Assembly (NCBI GenBank): GCA_040901675.1
Contig: JBBDYJ010000017.1
Coordinates: forward strand, 93,072 to 157,071
Length of the DNA stretch: 64,000 bases
Direction: 5' to 3'
DNA from: Pirellulales bacterium
Lineage (GTDB): Bacteria; Planctomycetota; Planctomycetia; Pirellulales; JAICIG01
The notes below the pieces were generated by a model. That model searched no databases, was not told the origin of the DNA, and saw nothing but the letters and a program-made list of their open reading frames with translations. The translations under genes were made by a program, and so were the position numbers. Positions 42,341-53,521 of this stretch are shown here, piece by piece (positions within the stretch are counted from its first letter, which is position 1; the number at the start of each line of letters is the position of its first letter).

Positions 42341-42590
42341 TTCGGTGAACCCCATGGTGCGCCGTCCCCGATGGACCGATAAAAGGGTAAAGGACACCGG
42401 TTTGAAGGTCGCGATGTAGGATTCCTACAGTACCCGCTATCCGCCAAAGTTCACGGGTTAGGTTATTTTACCTATGTCATCGAGGTTTCTAGGCAGCGAT
42501 AGCAGTTGCTGCGATATCTGTGGCTTCCCTGTTCTAAGCCGCTCAGTCATCAGGGAGTTGGAATGTCTCGCCTCGGGTGCTCGATCGGGA

Positions 42591-43547
42591 ATGTCTTTGG
42601 GACAGGTGTTCCGCGAGACGGAAAGGGAGCGACTCGAAGAGTTTCCGGCTCTTTTGGTCAAGAGCGAGTTGCTGACCAAGCGCGACTTAAAGCTCGCAAT
42701 TCAGCAATTGCCGCACCGCCCGGCGGGTGCTTCAGAGAGCGCGACTGAGCTTGTCAAGTATTTAGTCGACGCTGGCTTTCTGACTGCATGGCAATGTGGA
42801 CGACTGCTTCGGGGGATGTATCGAGGATTTCTGTTCGACGGCTTGAAGCTTGTGGACCATTTGGGTCATGGGTCAAAAACGAGCATCTACGCCGCGGAAC
42901 AGCCCATAGTGCGCCGGCGCATTTCCGTGGTGATCTTTGCGCCGGCTATTACCGCAGACCGCGCCGCTGTTTCCCTGATCGAAAAGCGGCTGCGAATCAT
43001 CAGCTCACTGGACCATCCCGCTATACTAGGAATCCATCACGCGGGATGGTTTGAGGGAAACTTCTACTACACACGCCCATATGTTGACGGTTGTAACCTG
43101 ATGCAATTTGCGAGTGCTTCAGGACCACTGCCTTGCGCGTTGGCTGCTGCGATTGGATTGCAGATTATCTGGATCGCGGACTACATGTCCAAGCGCGGCC
43201 ATTTCCTGTCCGTGAAACCAGAAAGCGTCCTGATCGACACCAACGGGAGGGTTCGCGTTGGCGGAACCGGGCTCACGCGTGAATCTGTCGGCGGGCACAA
43301 GCGAGGCTTCGAAGATTCCCCGCCGGAGTGGGACGCATCGGGATTAGCTGCCGTGCTTCATCTGCTTGTCGCGGGCGCTGAGGAGGGCCAGGCGGGCGAT
43401 GCTGGCCTCACAGCCATATTGAACACGAGAGATTCGGATGGGCTCGCCGAGTTGATTCGTGGCTTGGTTCCGTTCGAAGGATCGAGAACATGGACACTTG
43501 ACGGGGCACGCCGCGTCTTGACGGAGGCTGTACGGCGCCCCATCTGA
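42591..43547 (+). CDS. Ser/Thr protein-kinase-like pseudokinase (alternative start 42474)
   Basis: Planctomycete kinase N-region (LTAWQ..LL.G..RGF), LDHPAIL, YVDG.NL, GPLP; VAIK, HRD and DFG motifs degenerate. Confidence 0.8.
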   Translation: MSLGQVFRETERERLEEFPALLVKSELLTKRDLKLAIQQLPHRPAGASESATELVKYLVDAGFLTAWQCGRLLRGMYRGFLFDGLKLVDHLGHGSKTSIYAAEQPIVRRRISVVIFAPAITADRAAVSLIEKRLRIISSLDHPAILGIHHAGWFEGNFYYTRPYVDGCNLMQFASASGPLPCALAAAIGLQIIWIADYMSKRGHFLSVKPESVLIDTNGRVRVGGTGLTRESVGGHKRGFEDSPPEWDASGLAAVLHLLVAGAEEGQAGDAGLTAILNTRDSDGLAELIRGLVPFEGSRTWTLDGARRVLTEAVRRPI

Positions 43548-43551
43548 GCCG

Positions 43552-43970
43552 TTGACCAGACTGGGCCCGGACATCACCAACGCCGGCGGCACGAAGGTGA
43601 GCCAGAACTGGGACGGCACGCCCGGCGAATCGCCCCATCCGGATCGGGCCCCAGTTCGCAGGTGCGGCGCGAGGCATCGTCGTATTCGAAGCTCCACAGC
43701 CGCGAAAGCGGGTCGGTGGCCGTTTCCATCTGCCCGACGTCCGTCCAAGTGTAGTTCCACTGCCCGCCGTCGGGCAGGGTGACCCGCGTCACCCGGCTGT
43801 TGGCATCGTATTGGAAGCTGGTCGCCGGCAACGGGCGGATCCGGGAATTCACCTTCGATAACCTGAACCGGCCCACGCAGGAGCAATGGAAAGATGGCGA
43901 GACCGTGGTCCGGACGATCACCACGGCCTTCGACGCGGCCGGGCAGCTCACCGGCGCCAGCGACCCGGAC
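43552..43970. pseudogene. Scrambled RHS remnant (three fragments, middle one inverted)
   Basis: Fragments homologous to 36416-36494 (+), 36556-36744 (inverted) and 38572-38713 (+). Confidence 0.85.
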
Positions 43971-44018
43971 TACGAAGAACGTGGGTTCGATCGCAGGTGC
44001 GCGCCTGGCGGAGGATTG

Positions 44019-44900
44019 CTAGCGCCGCAGCAGGGAGGTGACCGGGTAGTGATCGGAAGGCGTGCGACCGTCTTGCTGCGTGCGGTCGATGCCGGCTTCG
44101 AGCACCTGCCATTCGCGCGAGACGCCGATCCAGTCGATCCGCGGACCGGCGGTCGCGGCGGCGCGGAAGCCGGAAAAGGTGCCCTCGTCCGCCTCGCGGA
44201 CGGGATGAACCAGGCGATACGTGTCGACCAACGGCGAAGGCCGGTCGTCGGCGTCGTCGAACAGGGCACAATAGGGCGGGCTGGCCTCCGGGGTGTTGAA
44301 ATCGCCGGTCACCACGAGCGAGCAGCCGTCGCCGATTGCGGCGAGCTGGGCGCGCAACAGCCGGGCCGACTGGAGGCGGGCCTCGACCCCCAAGTGATCG
44401 AAGTGCGTGTTGAAGAAGAGCAGGGGCGAGGCCGTCGCGTTATCGCGGTGGCCGAGCTTGACCCAGGTGACCATCCGCGGCAACGAGCTGTCCCAGCTCC
44501 TGCTGCCGGGCTGGTCCGGCGTTTCGCTGAGCCAGAAGTGGCCTGCGTCGAGGTGCTCGAACCGCTCTGCTTTGTAGTACAAGGCCATCATCTCGCCCGC
44601 GTCGCGGCCGTCGTCCCGGCCGACGCCGAGAACCTCGTATTGCGGGAGCTGCCGGGCCAGGTAGTCGCGCTGGAAGCCGAGCGTCTCCTGCGTGCCGAGC
44701 AGATCGGGGTCGAAGCGGCTGATCGTGTCGACCAGGAATTGCTTGCGCTCGTCCCAATGGTTCGCGCCGTCGGCTGCGGTGCCGTAGCGGATGTTGAAGC
44801 TCATCACGCGCAGCTCGAGCGGTTGACCGTCGGCCGCGCCGGCCGCGGAACCCAGGACGGCGATGGAAACGACCGCGAACGCAAAGCGGATTGCAAGCAT
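44019..44900 (-). CDS. Endonuclease/exonuclease/phosphatase family secreted protein
   Basis: Signal peptide; VMSFNIRY, GTQE, NTHFDH, TGDFN, RIDWI, PSDHYPV. Confidence 0.92.
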   Translation of the reverse strand: MLAIRFAFAVVSIAVLGSAAGAADGQPLELRVMSFNIRYGTAADGANHWDERKQFLVDTISRFDPDLLGTQETLGFQRDYLARQLPQYEVLGVGRDDGRDAGEMMALYYKAERFEHLDAGHFWLSETPDQPGSRSWDSSLPRMVTWVKLGHRDNATASPLLFFNTHFDHLGVEARLQSARLLRAQLAAIGDGCSLVVTGDFNTPEASPPYCALFDDADDRPSPLVDTYRLVHPVREADEGTFSGFRAAATAGPRIDWIGVSREWQVLEAGIDRTQQDGRTPSDHYPVTSLLRR

Positions 44901-45090
44901 GATCGGGACCAGGGGAAGCGATGAATGACGAAGAGGAACGGACGCCAGTGCGACAGTCGATCCTAAATTCGCGTTTTTTGGATTGCAAGACGACGCGGGA
45001 CAGATGATTCTGGATGGCGCTCTCTGGACTACGACGCGGCGGCCAGAGCGGGGGCCGCGCGAGCTGCCAGACGGCTGGAGACGGTGAGCT

Positions 45091-46632
<1,542 letters not shown>

Positions 46633-46722
46633 AAACGGACGAAGACTGGGGCGAAGGCAGAAGAAGTGGGGCATGCTTATCGCTTTGCCCCAGCCACCCA
46701 GCCGAGAACGAAGAGGACTCTA

Positions 46723-48330
46723 ATGATGAAGACGCGAGGTGGATGGCGATGGGCGGGGTGGGTGCTGGTGCCGGCGGTGCTGCTGGCGGCGGGAAAAGAG
46801 GCCGAGGCGGAGCAGGAGGGGAGGCGGCCGAACATCCTGTTCGCGTTCGCGGATGATTGGGGACGGTACGCCAGCGCGTACGCCGGGATCGACGGCGAAG
46901 GCGGGATCAACGACGTGATCCGGACGCCACACTTCGACCGCGTGGCGCGGGAAGGAGTGCTGTTCCGCAACGCGTTCGTCAACGCGCCGTCGTGTACGCC
47001 GTCGCGCAGCGCGCTGTTGTCCGGGCAATACTTCTGGCGGACCGGCCGAGGAGCGATCCTGCAAGGGGCCGTCTGGGACGCGCGGATCTCGTCGTTCCCG
47101 CTGCTGCTGCGGGAGAACGGCTACCACATCGGAAAGATGTACAAGGTGTGGAGTCCCGGCTCGCCCGCCGACGCCCCGTTCGGCGAGCAGCAGTTCGCCT
47201 ATCAAAAAGCAGGCGGCCGCTTCAACCAGTTCTCGCAGCACGTGACCCGGATGGCCGCGGAGGGAAAAGACATCGAGGCGGCCAAGCAGGAGTTGTACGG
47301 CGAAGTGCTGGCAAACTTCGACGCCTTTCTGGCCGCCAAAAGGGCAGGGGACCCATTTTGCTTCTGGTTCGGGCCGACGAACGTACATCGCAAGTGGATT
47401 CGCGGGTCGGGAAAGGCCTTGTGGGGGATCGACCCGGACCGGCTCAAGGGGAAGCTGCCGCCGTTTTTGCCGGACGTGGCCGAAATCCGCGAAGACCTGG
47501 CCGACTACCTGGGCGAGATCCAGTCCTTCGACGCGGCATTGGGAGTGTTGCTGGCGCGGCTGGCGGAAATCGGCGAGCTGGAGCGGACGCTGGTCGTGGT
47601 CAGCGGCGACCATGGACCTCCGGGGTTTCCACACGGCAAGTGCAACCTGTATGACTTCGGGACCGCCGTGTCGCTGGCCGTTCGCGGCCCTGGAGTGCCC
47701 GGGGGGCGCGTGGTCGACGACTTCGTGAACTTGATGGACCTGGCCCCGACGTTTTTGGAGGCGGGGGGCGTGGCGATCCCGGAGGTGATGACGGGCCGCA
47801 GCCTGACGGCCGTGCTGCGGTCGGAAAAGTCGGGGTTGGTCGACACGGGCCGCAGCTACGTGCTGACGGGGCGGGAACGGCACGTGGCGGCGGCGCGGGA
47901 AGGGAATCTCCCTTATCCGCAACGGGCCATCCGCACGGCCGAGCATCTGTACATCATCAATTTCGAGCCGGACCGCTGGCCGCTCGGCGATCCGCTGGGG
48001 CTGGACGGCCAGTCGCCGCCCAGCGCGACGGAGCTGACCGAGGACACGTTCGTGACCTTGATGGACGAAGACGCCGGCCCGACCAAGGCCTGGCTGGTCG
48101 CCCAGCGCGACAACCCGCAGTGGAAGCGGCACTTCGAGCTGGCCTACGGAAAGCGGCCGGGTGAGGAGCTGTATGAGCTGAAGAGCGATCCGCACCAGGT
48201 CCGCAACGTGGCGGCCGAGGCGCGTTTTGCCGAGGTGAAGGACGAGCTGCGCCGGCGTCTGATCGACGAGTTGGAGCGCAGCGGCGATCCGCGCGTGAGC
48301 GGGGAAGGGGAGGAAGCGTTTGGGTTGTAG
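46723..48330 (+). CDS. Sulfatase (N-sulfoglucosamine-sulfohydrolase-like)
   Basis: [37 protein letters not shown]. Confidence 0.92.
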   Translation: MMKTRGGWRWAGWVLVPAVLLAAGKEAEAEQEGRRPNILFAFADDWGRYASAYAGIDGEGGINDVIRTPHFDRVAREGVLFRNAFVNAPSCTPSRSALLSGQYFWRTGRGAILQGAVWDARISSFPLLLRENGYHIGKMYKVWSPGSPADAPFGEQQFAYQKAGGRFNQFSQHVTRMAAEGKDIEAAKQELYGEVLANFDAFLAAKRAGDPFCFWFGPTNVHRKWIRGSGKALWGIDPDRLKGKLPPFLPDVAEIREDLADYLGEIQSFDAALGVLLARLAEIGELERTLVVVSGDHGPPGFPHGKCNLYDFGTAVSLAVRGPGVPGGRVVDDFVNLMDLAPTFLEAGGVAIPEVMTGRSLTAVLRSEKSGLVDTGRSYVLTGRERHVAAAREGNLPYPQRAIRTAEHLYIINFEPDRWPLGDPLGLDGQSPPSATELTEDTFVTLMDEDAGPTKAWLVAQRDNPQWKRHFELAYGKRPGEELYELKSDPHQVRNVAAEARFAEVKDELRRRLIDELERSGDPRVSGEGEEAFGL

Positions 48331-49150
48331 TGCGAGGAACGAGGGGCGGACGAGGACAGGCTCACGCAAAGGCGCCAAGGCGCGAAGAAGAGGAGACAGG
48401 AACTGAGGGAAGGCAGAAGGACGAAGGCAGAAGGACGAAGGCAGAAGGACGAAGGCAGAAGGCAGAAGGAGGAACGGACGACGAGGACTGGGGCACGCTT
48501 AGCGCTTTGCCGCCAGGCACCCCAGGAAGAACGACAAGGAGATAAGGCGACAAGGGGACAAGACAACAAGGGGACGAGGCGAACGCGGGGACACGGACGA
48601 GGACTGGGGCCTGGATTGCGTACGGCGGGAAACGAGCGGATGCTGAAAGGCCGTCGAGCCGTTCACATGAGCGCTCCTTGATGGGTGATTCTGACGATCA
48701 GTGTGGTGGAAGCGTGGAGAGAGTCAAGGGAAAGGGGGGAAAGCAGAAGGAGGAAGGAGGAAGCAGAAGAACTGCGGCAGGCTGAGGCTTTGCGCCAGGC
48801 AGCCGGGGAGAACGACCAGGAGACAAGGGGACAAGGCGAACGCGGGGGAGACGACGAAGACTGGGGCACGCTGACGCTTTGCCGCCAGGCACCCGAAGTG
48901 AAGGCAGAAGGAGGAATAGGACTGATTGTTCTCTCCAGGGGTGGACGAGGGGTAGCCACTCCCCGGTCCCGCTCCCCCCGCTGCCTGCCGGCCGCTTGGG
49001 CAAGTTGCTTTACTTCGGGTGGGGCGGGTTTATACTAAAGTGGTTTCGGCCGCCAAGGTGATGCGGCAGGGGTTTGCCGCCGACTCGGTGAAGGACAAGT
49101 CAGGGATGGGGGCAACGGCGGCGTTCAATCGCGGTGCGGGATCGCTTGGC

Positions 49151-50227
49151 ATGGCCTCCCAACACGTGCTGGATGTGGAAGGGCTGCTGGCACCGATTGC
49201 CGGTGATAGCCCGTGCGGCGCCGATCTCAAGTGGGATCCGGTCTACGACTCGATCAAGGCCGCCCGCCAACAGGTGGACCGGGGGATGATCGAGGCAGAC
49301 CAACCCGTTACGGCCAATTGGCCGCTGGTGGTCGAGCTGTCGAGCGAGGCGCTGGCGGGCCGCAGCAAGGACCTGATGCTGGCTGGCTGGCTGACCGAGG
49401 CGCTGGTCCATCTGTATGGCTTCTCGGGGCTGACCGACGGTTTGAAGCTGATCGACGGACTGTTGGAGCGGTACTGGGAGGAGGTCTATCCGCGGGTCGA
49501 GGATGGGGACCTGGAGGCCAGGGTCGCCCCGCTGGCATGGCTGACGGAGGCGGACCGGGGCGCCAAGTTGCCCAACAACCTGCGGGAATCTCCGCTGGCG
49601 CCGGGTGAGGACGAAGGGCAGCCGTATAGCTGGGTGTACTGGAAGTCGCGCTACGTGACCAAGGGGGAGAAGGAGGACGAAGAGGCCTTCGCCCGCCGCA
49701 AGGAACAGGCCGACGTGAGGTCGCGGAGATTCGAAGAGGCGGTGACGGCGACACCGCTGGCGTACTATGTCGAGCTAAGACGGACGATGCAGGAGTGCAG
49801 CGAGGAGCTGGCACAACTGGATCGGAAGCTGGATGAACGGTTTGGCAAGGCAGCGCCCGGCACGACCGCCTTCAAACAGGCGATTGCCGACTGCGAGGCG
49901 CTGGTGCGGCGGATCCTCAAAGACAAAGGGGGCGCCGAGATGGATTCAACGGACACGAGCGGCGAGGAACAGGCTCAAGGTTCCAACGGCGAGCCGCGGC
50001 GGACGAGCGGGCCGATCGGCTCGCGTGACGAGGCATTCCGGCGGCTGGCCGAAGTGGCCGCGTATCTGAGGAGGACCGAGCCTCAAAGCCCGGTGCCTTT
50101 GTTGATCGACCGGGCGGTGTCGTGGGGTCAGATGCCGTTCGAGCAGTTGCTGATGGAGTTGATCAAGGACAGCTCGCTGCGCAGCCAGGTCGGAGAAGTG
50201 TTGGGACTGCGGCGGGAGGAAGGATAG
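49151..50227 (+). CDS. tssA: Type VI secretion protein TssA (ImpA N-terminal domain)
   Basis: LLAPIAGDSPCGADL, SKDL.LA.WL.EA, LL..YWEEVYP, YLRRTEPQSPVPLLI.RA..WG. Confidence 0.92.
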   Translation: MASQHVLDVEGLLAPIAGDSPCGADLKWDPVYDSIKAARQQVDRGMIEADQPVTANWPLVVELSSEALAGRSKDLMLAGWLTEALVHLYGFSGLTDGLKLIDGLLERYWEEVYPRVEDGDLEARVAPLAWLTEADRGAKLPNNLRESPLAPGEDEGQPYSWVYWKSRYVTKGEKEDEEAFARRKEQADVRSRRFEEAVTATPLAYYVELRRTMQECSEELAQLDRKLDERFGKAAPGTTAFKQAIADCEALVRRILKDKGGAEMDSTDTSGEEQAQGSNGEPRRTSGPIGSRDEAFRRLAEVAAYLRRTEPQSPVPLLIDRAVSWGQMPFEQLLMELIKDSSLRSQVGEVLGLRREEG

Positions 50228-50550
50228 GGGAAGGCAGAAGGAGGAAGGAGGAAGGAGGAGAAGCACGACAAGGGGACAAGGGGACAAGGCGACAAGGGGA
50301 ACGCGGGGGGGATACGGACGAAGACTGGGGCACGCTGACGCTTTGCCACCAGGCACCCGCGGGGGAGCACGACAAGGGGACCAGGGGACAAGGGGAACGC
50401 GGAGGGATACGGACGAAGACTGGGGCACACTGACGCTTTGCCACCAGGCACCCGCGGGGGAGCACGACAAGGGGACAAGGGGACCAGGGGACCAGGGGAC
50501 CAGGGGACAAGGGGACAAGGCGAGACGAAGGCGCCAGGGGCGTCCTGAAG
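50228..50550 (+). repeat. Composite intergenic repeat (GAAGGCA/GAAGGAG 7-mers, GGGGAC[A/C]A 8-mers, TGGGGCACGCTGACGCTTTGCCACCAGGCACCCG unit); related blocks at ~46633, 48400-48910, 59386-59585, 60886-61150
   Basis: Visual alignment of multiple copies. Confidence 0.9.
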
Positions 50551-50597
50551 ATGAATTGACAAACTGCAACTGAGCACTTTTTATTCGGGGGAACGCG

Positions 50598-51128
50598 ATG
50601 GCCAAGGAAAGTACGCAGCATAAGCTGGACCGGGTGCGTAAGCCGCGAGTGCAGATTACGTACGACGTGGAAATCGACGGGGCGATGCAACTCAAGGAGC
50701 TGCCGTTCGTGGTGGGGGTGCTGGGAGATTTCTCGGGCAAACCGGACCAGCCGCTGCCAGTGATGAAGGACCGCAAGTTCGTGGAGATCGACCGTGACAA
50801 TTTCGACAAGGTGCTGGCGGGGTCGAAGCCGCGGGTGGCGTTCCGGGTGGACGACAAGCTGACGGGCAAGGAAGGCTCTCAATTGAACGTGGAGCTGCGG
50901 TTCTCGAGCCTGGAAGATTTCGAGCCGGAAAACGTGGTCAAGCAGGTCGAGCCCTTGAAGAAGCTGCTGGAGACGCGGGACAAGCTGAAGAACCTGCTGA
51001 ACAAGATGGAAGGGAACGATAAACTGGTGGAGCTGCTTGACGACGTGATCAAGAGCACCGAACATCGCGAACAACTGTCCAAACCGCTCGGCGTGGAAGG
51101 CGGCGGCTCGGGCGAACCAACCTCTTGA
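50598..51128 (+). CDS. tssB: T6SS contractile sheath small subunit
   Basis: STQHKLDRVRKPRVQITYDVE, ELPFVVGVLGDFSG, DRDNFD. Confidence 0.97.
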   Translation: MAKESTQHKLDRVRKPRVQITYDVEIDGAMQLKELPFVVGVLGDFSGKPDQPLPVMKDRKFVEIDRDNFDKVLAGSKPRVAFRVDDKLTGKEGSQLNVELRFSSLEDFEPENVVKQVEPLKKLLETRDKLKNLLNKMEGNDKLVELLDDVIKSTEHREQLSKPLGVEGGGSGEPTS

Positions 51129-51145
51129 GACAAGGAAGCTGATCG

Positions 51146-52630
51146 ATGAGTACCGGAAAGCAAGCCAAAGCCGAAGCCCAAACCACCGAATCGGAAGCCG
51201 GGCTGCTGGACACGATCCTGAAACAAGGCTTCCGAGCCAGGACCGACGATGCGCAACAGCGGGCCAAGGACCTGCTGAAAGAGTTCGTGGAACAGTTGCT
51301 CGACCCGAGCATGGTGGTGGCCAAAGACACCGAAAAGACCATCAACCTGCGGATCGCCGAGATCGACAAGCTGCTCAGCGCGCAACTGAACGAGATCATG
51401 CACCACGAGGACTTCCAAAAGCTGGAGGGCTCGTGGCGGGGACTGCACTATCTGGTAAACCAGAGCGAGACGGGCACCGGGCTCAAGATCCGGATGCTCA
51501 ACGTCTCGAAGAAGGACCTCTTGAAGGACATGGAGAAGGCCTCCGAGTTCGACCAGAGCGCGTTGTTCAAGAAGGTCTACGAGGACGAGTACGGGATGTT
51601 CGGCGGGTCGCCCTACGGAGCGCTGATCGGCGACTACGAGTTCGGACGCCACCCGCAGGACCTGGCGCTGTTGGAGCGGATCTCGAACGTGGCGGCGGCG
51701 GCCCACGCGCCGTTCGTCTCCGCGTCTTCGCCGGAGATGTTCGGCTGGGACAGCTTCACCGAGCTGGCCGGCCCTCGCGACCTGGCCAAGATCTTCGACA
51801 CGGTCGAATACGCCAAGTGGAAATCGTTCCGCGACTCGGAAGACGCACGGTACGTCGGCCTCACGCTGCCGCACACGCTGATGCGGCTGCCCTACGGGCA
51901 GGAGACCGTGCCGGTGGAGGCGTTCAACTTCGAGGAGGACGTGGACGGCCGCGACCACCGCAAGTACCTGTGGGGCAACGCGGCCTACTCCTTCGGCACG
52001 CGGTTGACCGAGGCGTATGCCAAGTACGGCTGGCTGGCGGCGATCCGCGGCGTCGAAGGGGGCGGCCTGGTGCAGGGGCTGCCGACGCACACGTTCTCCA
52101 CCGACGACGGCGAGGTGGCGCTGAAGTGCCCGACGGAAATCGCCATCACCGACCGCCGCGACAAGGAGCTGAGCGACCTGGGATTCATCCCACTGACGCA
52201 CTGCAAGGGGACCGACTACGCGGCCTTCTTCAGCGCGCAATCGGCGCAGAAGCCGAAGCTGTACGACCGCGACGCGGCCAACGCCAACGCGAGGCTGTCG
52301 ACGATGTTGCAATACATCTTCTGCACGTCGCGGTTCGCTCATTACCTGAAGGCCATGGCCCGCGACAAGATCGGGGCCTTCATGGAACGGGACGAGTGCG
52401 AGATCTGGCTGAACCGCTGGATCACGAACTACTGCCTGGCCAACCCGGAGAATGCCGGGCAGGAGATGAAGGCCAAGTACCCGCTGCGGGAAGCGAAAGT
52501 CACGGTGCGGGAGGTCAAGGGCAAACCGGGCTGCTACGAGGCCGTGGCGCATCTGCGGCCGCACCTGCAACTGGAGGAACTGGGCGTCTCGCTGCGGCTG
52601 GTGGCCGAGTTGCCAACGCCCAAGGGCTAG
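51146..52630 (+). CDS. tssC: T6SS contractile sheath large subunit
   Basis: QLNEIMHHEDFQKLEGSWRGL, AAAAHAPF, KCPTEIAITDRR, SRFAHYLK, KYPLREA. Confidence 0.97.
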   Translation: MSTGKQAKAEAQTTESEAGLLDTILKQGFRARTDDAQQRAKDLLKEFVEQLLDPSMVVAKDTEKTINLRIAEIDKLLSAQLNEIMHHEDFQKLEGSWRGLHYLVNQSETGTGLKIRMLNVSKKDLLKDMEKASEFDQSALFKKVYEDEYGMFGGSPYGALIGDYEFGRHPQDLALLERISNVAAAAHAPFVSASSPEMFGWDSFTELAGPRDLAKIFDTVEYAKWKSFRDSEDARYVGLTLPHTLMRLPYGQETVPVEAFNFEEDVDGRDHRKYLWGNAAYSFGTRLTEAYAKYGWLAAIRGVEGGGLVQGLPTHTFSTDDGEVALKCPTEIAITDRRDKELSDLGFIPLTHCKGTDYAAFFSAQSAQKPKLYDRDAANANARLSTMLQYIFCTSRFAHYLKAMARDKIGAFMERDECEIWLNRWITNYCLANPENAGQEMKAKYPLREAKVTVREVKGKPGCYEAVAHLRPHLQLEELGVSLRLVAELPTPKG

Positions 52631-52676
52631 CCGGGCTTGGAAGGGCCGTTGTCGAAGGCGAAGGAAACGGCGGAAG

Positions 52677-52763
52677 CGGAATGAATTCCGTTCTACGAAG
52701 AGAGGCAAACGGAATGAATTCCGTTCTACGAAGAGAGGCAAACGGAATGAATTCCGTTCTACG
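52677..52763 (-). repeat. Tandem 33-bp REP-like repeat (AACGGAATGAATTCCGTTCTACG core) x3; degenerate copies ~55306-55355
   Basis: Palindromic core with CTAC/GTAG foot; identical linker AAGAGAGGCA. Confidence 0.88.
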
Positions 52764-52840
52764 GACGGCCGGCGCTTGCTGGAACGATCGAACCCGTAGG
52801 GAGGGACGAGCCGCGAATTGAAAAAACATCGGTGAATTCG

Positions 52841-52869
52841 AGCAACTTTTCCGGCCCCGGCACGAGAAT
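52841..52869 (+). promoter_or_regulatory. ECF-type promoter motif AGCAAC-N16-CGAGAAT upstream of hcp1 (also 54354-54382, 55063-55091)
   Basis: Identical motif and 16-nt spacing before all three hcp copies. Confidence 0.65.
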
Positions 52870-52951
52870 CCTGTTGTAAGAGGTCTCACGGCGAGGCCCA
52901 AGCAGCACACGGGCGCGGCCCGTACACGAGAGCATACAAGGAGAGCGGACA

Positions 52952-53437
52952 ATGGCAGCAGTCGACTATTTTCTGAAGTTGGACGGGATCGACGGGGAGT
53001 CCACGGACGACAAGCACAAGAACGAGATCGACGTATTGAGCTGGAGCTGGGGCGAGTCGAATATGGGCACGCATGCAGGCGGCGGCGGCGGCGGGGCGGG
53101 CAAGGTCCAGATGAACGACTTCCACTTCGTCCAGAAGGTCAACAAATCGTCGCCCAAGCTGTTCTTGGGCTGCGCCACCGGCCAGCACATCAAGGAGGCC
53201 AAGCTCACCTGCCGAAAGGCGGGCGGCGATCAGCAGGAGTACCTGGTCGTCAAGTTCAGCGACCTGCTGGTCTCCTCGTACCAGACCGGCGGCAGCCAAG
53301 GCGACGTGGTGCCGACCGACCAAATCAGCCTGAACTTCAGCAAGATCGAGTTCGAGTACAAGGCGCAGAAGCCGGACGGCTCGCTCGACTCCCCGGTCAA
53401 GGCCGGTTATGACGTGAAGCTCAACAAGAAGGTCTAG
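52952..53437 (+). CDS. hcp: T6SS tube protein Hcp (copy 1)
   Basis: YFLKLDGIDGESTDDKHKNEIDVLSWSWG, SSPKLF..CATG.HI, SLNFSKI.FEY. Confidence 0.97.
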   Translation: MAAVDYFLKLDGIDGESTDDKHKNEIDVLSWSWGESNMGTHAGGGGGGAGKVQMNDFHFVQKVNKSSPKLFLGCATGQHIKEAKLTCRKAGGDQQEYLVVKFSDLLVSSYQTGGSQGDVVPTDQISLNFSKIEFEYKAQKPDGSLDSPVKAGYDVKLNKKV

Positions 53438-53455
53438 CCGTGATGGAGGACCACG

Positions 53456-53497
53456 CGGGACGTTCCGGGCCGGCGCCCTGAGCGTCCCGTTTTTTTT
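53456..53497 (+). terminator. Intrinsic terminator after hcp1
   Basis: CGGGACG...CGTCCCG stem followed by T8. Confidence 0.8.
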
Positions 53498-53521
53498 AGA
53501 TCCGCAATCCGGGAGTCCGCC

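Noticed and set aside
48330..49038. Short ORFs in the sulfatase-tssA spacer (similar ones at 50122-50573 and 60886-61158)
   Set aside because: Translations of microsatellite/composite repeats (EGRRQK, GTRGQG).
52677..52763. Possible CRISPR array
   Set aside because: The linkers are identical 10-mers rather than unique spacers and there are no cas genes; this is a tandem REP-like repeat.
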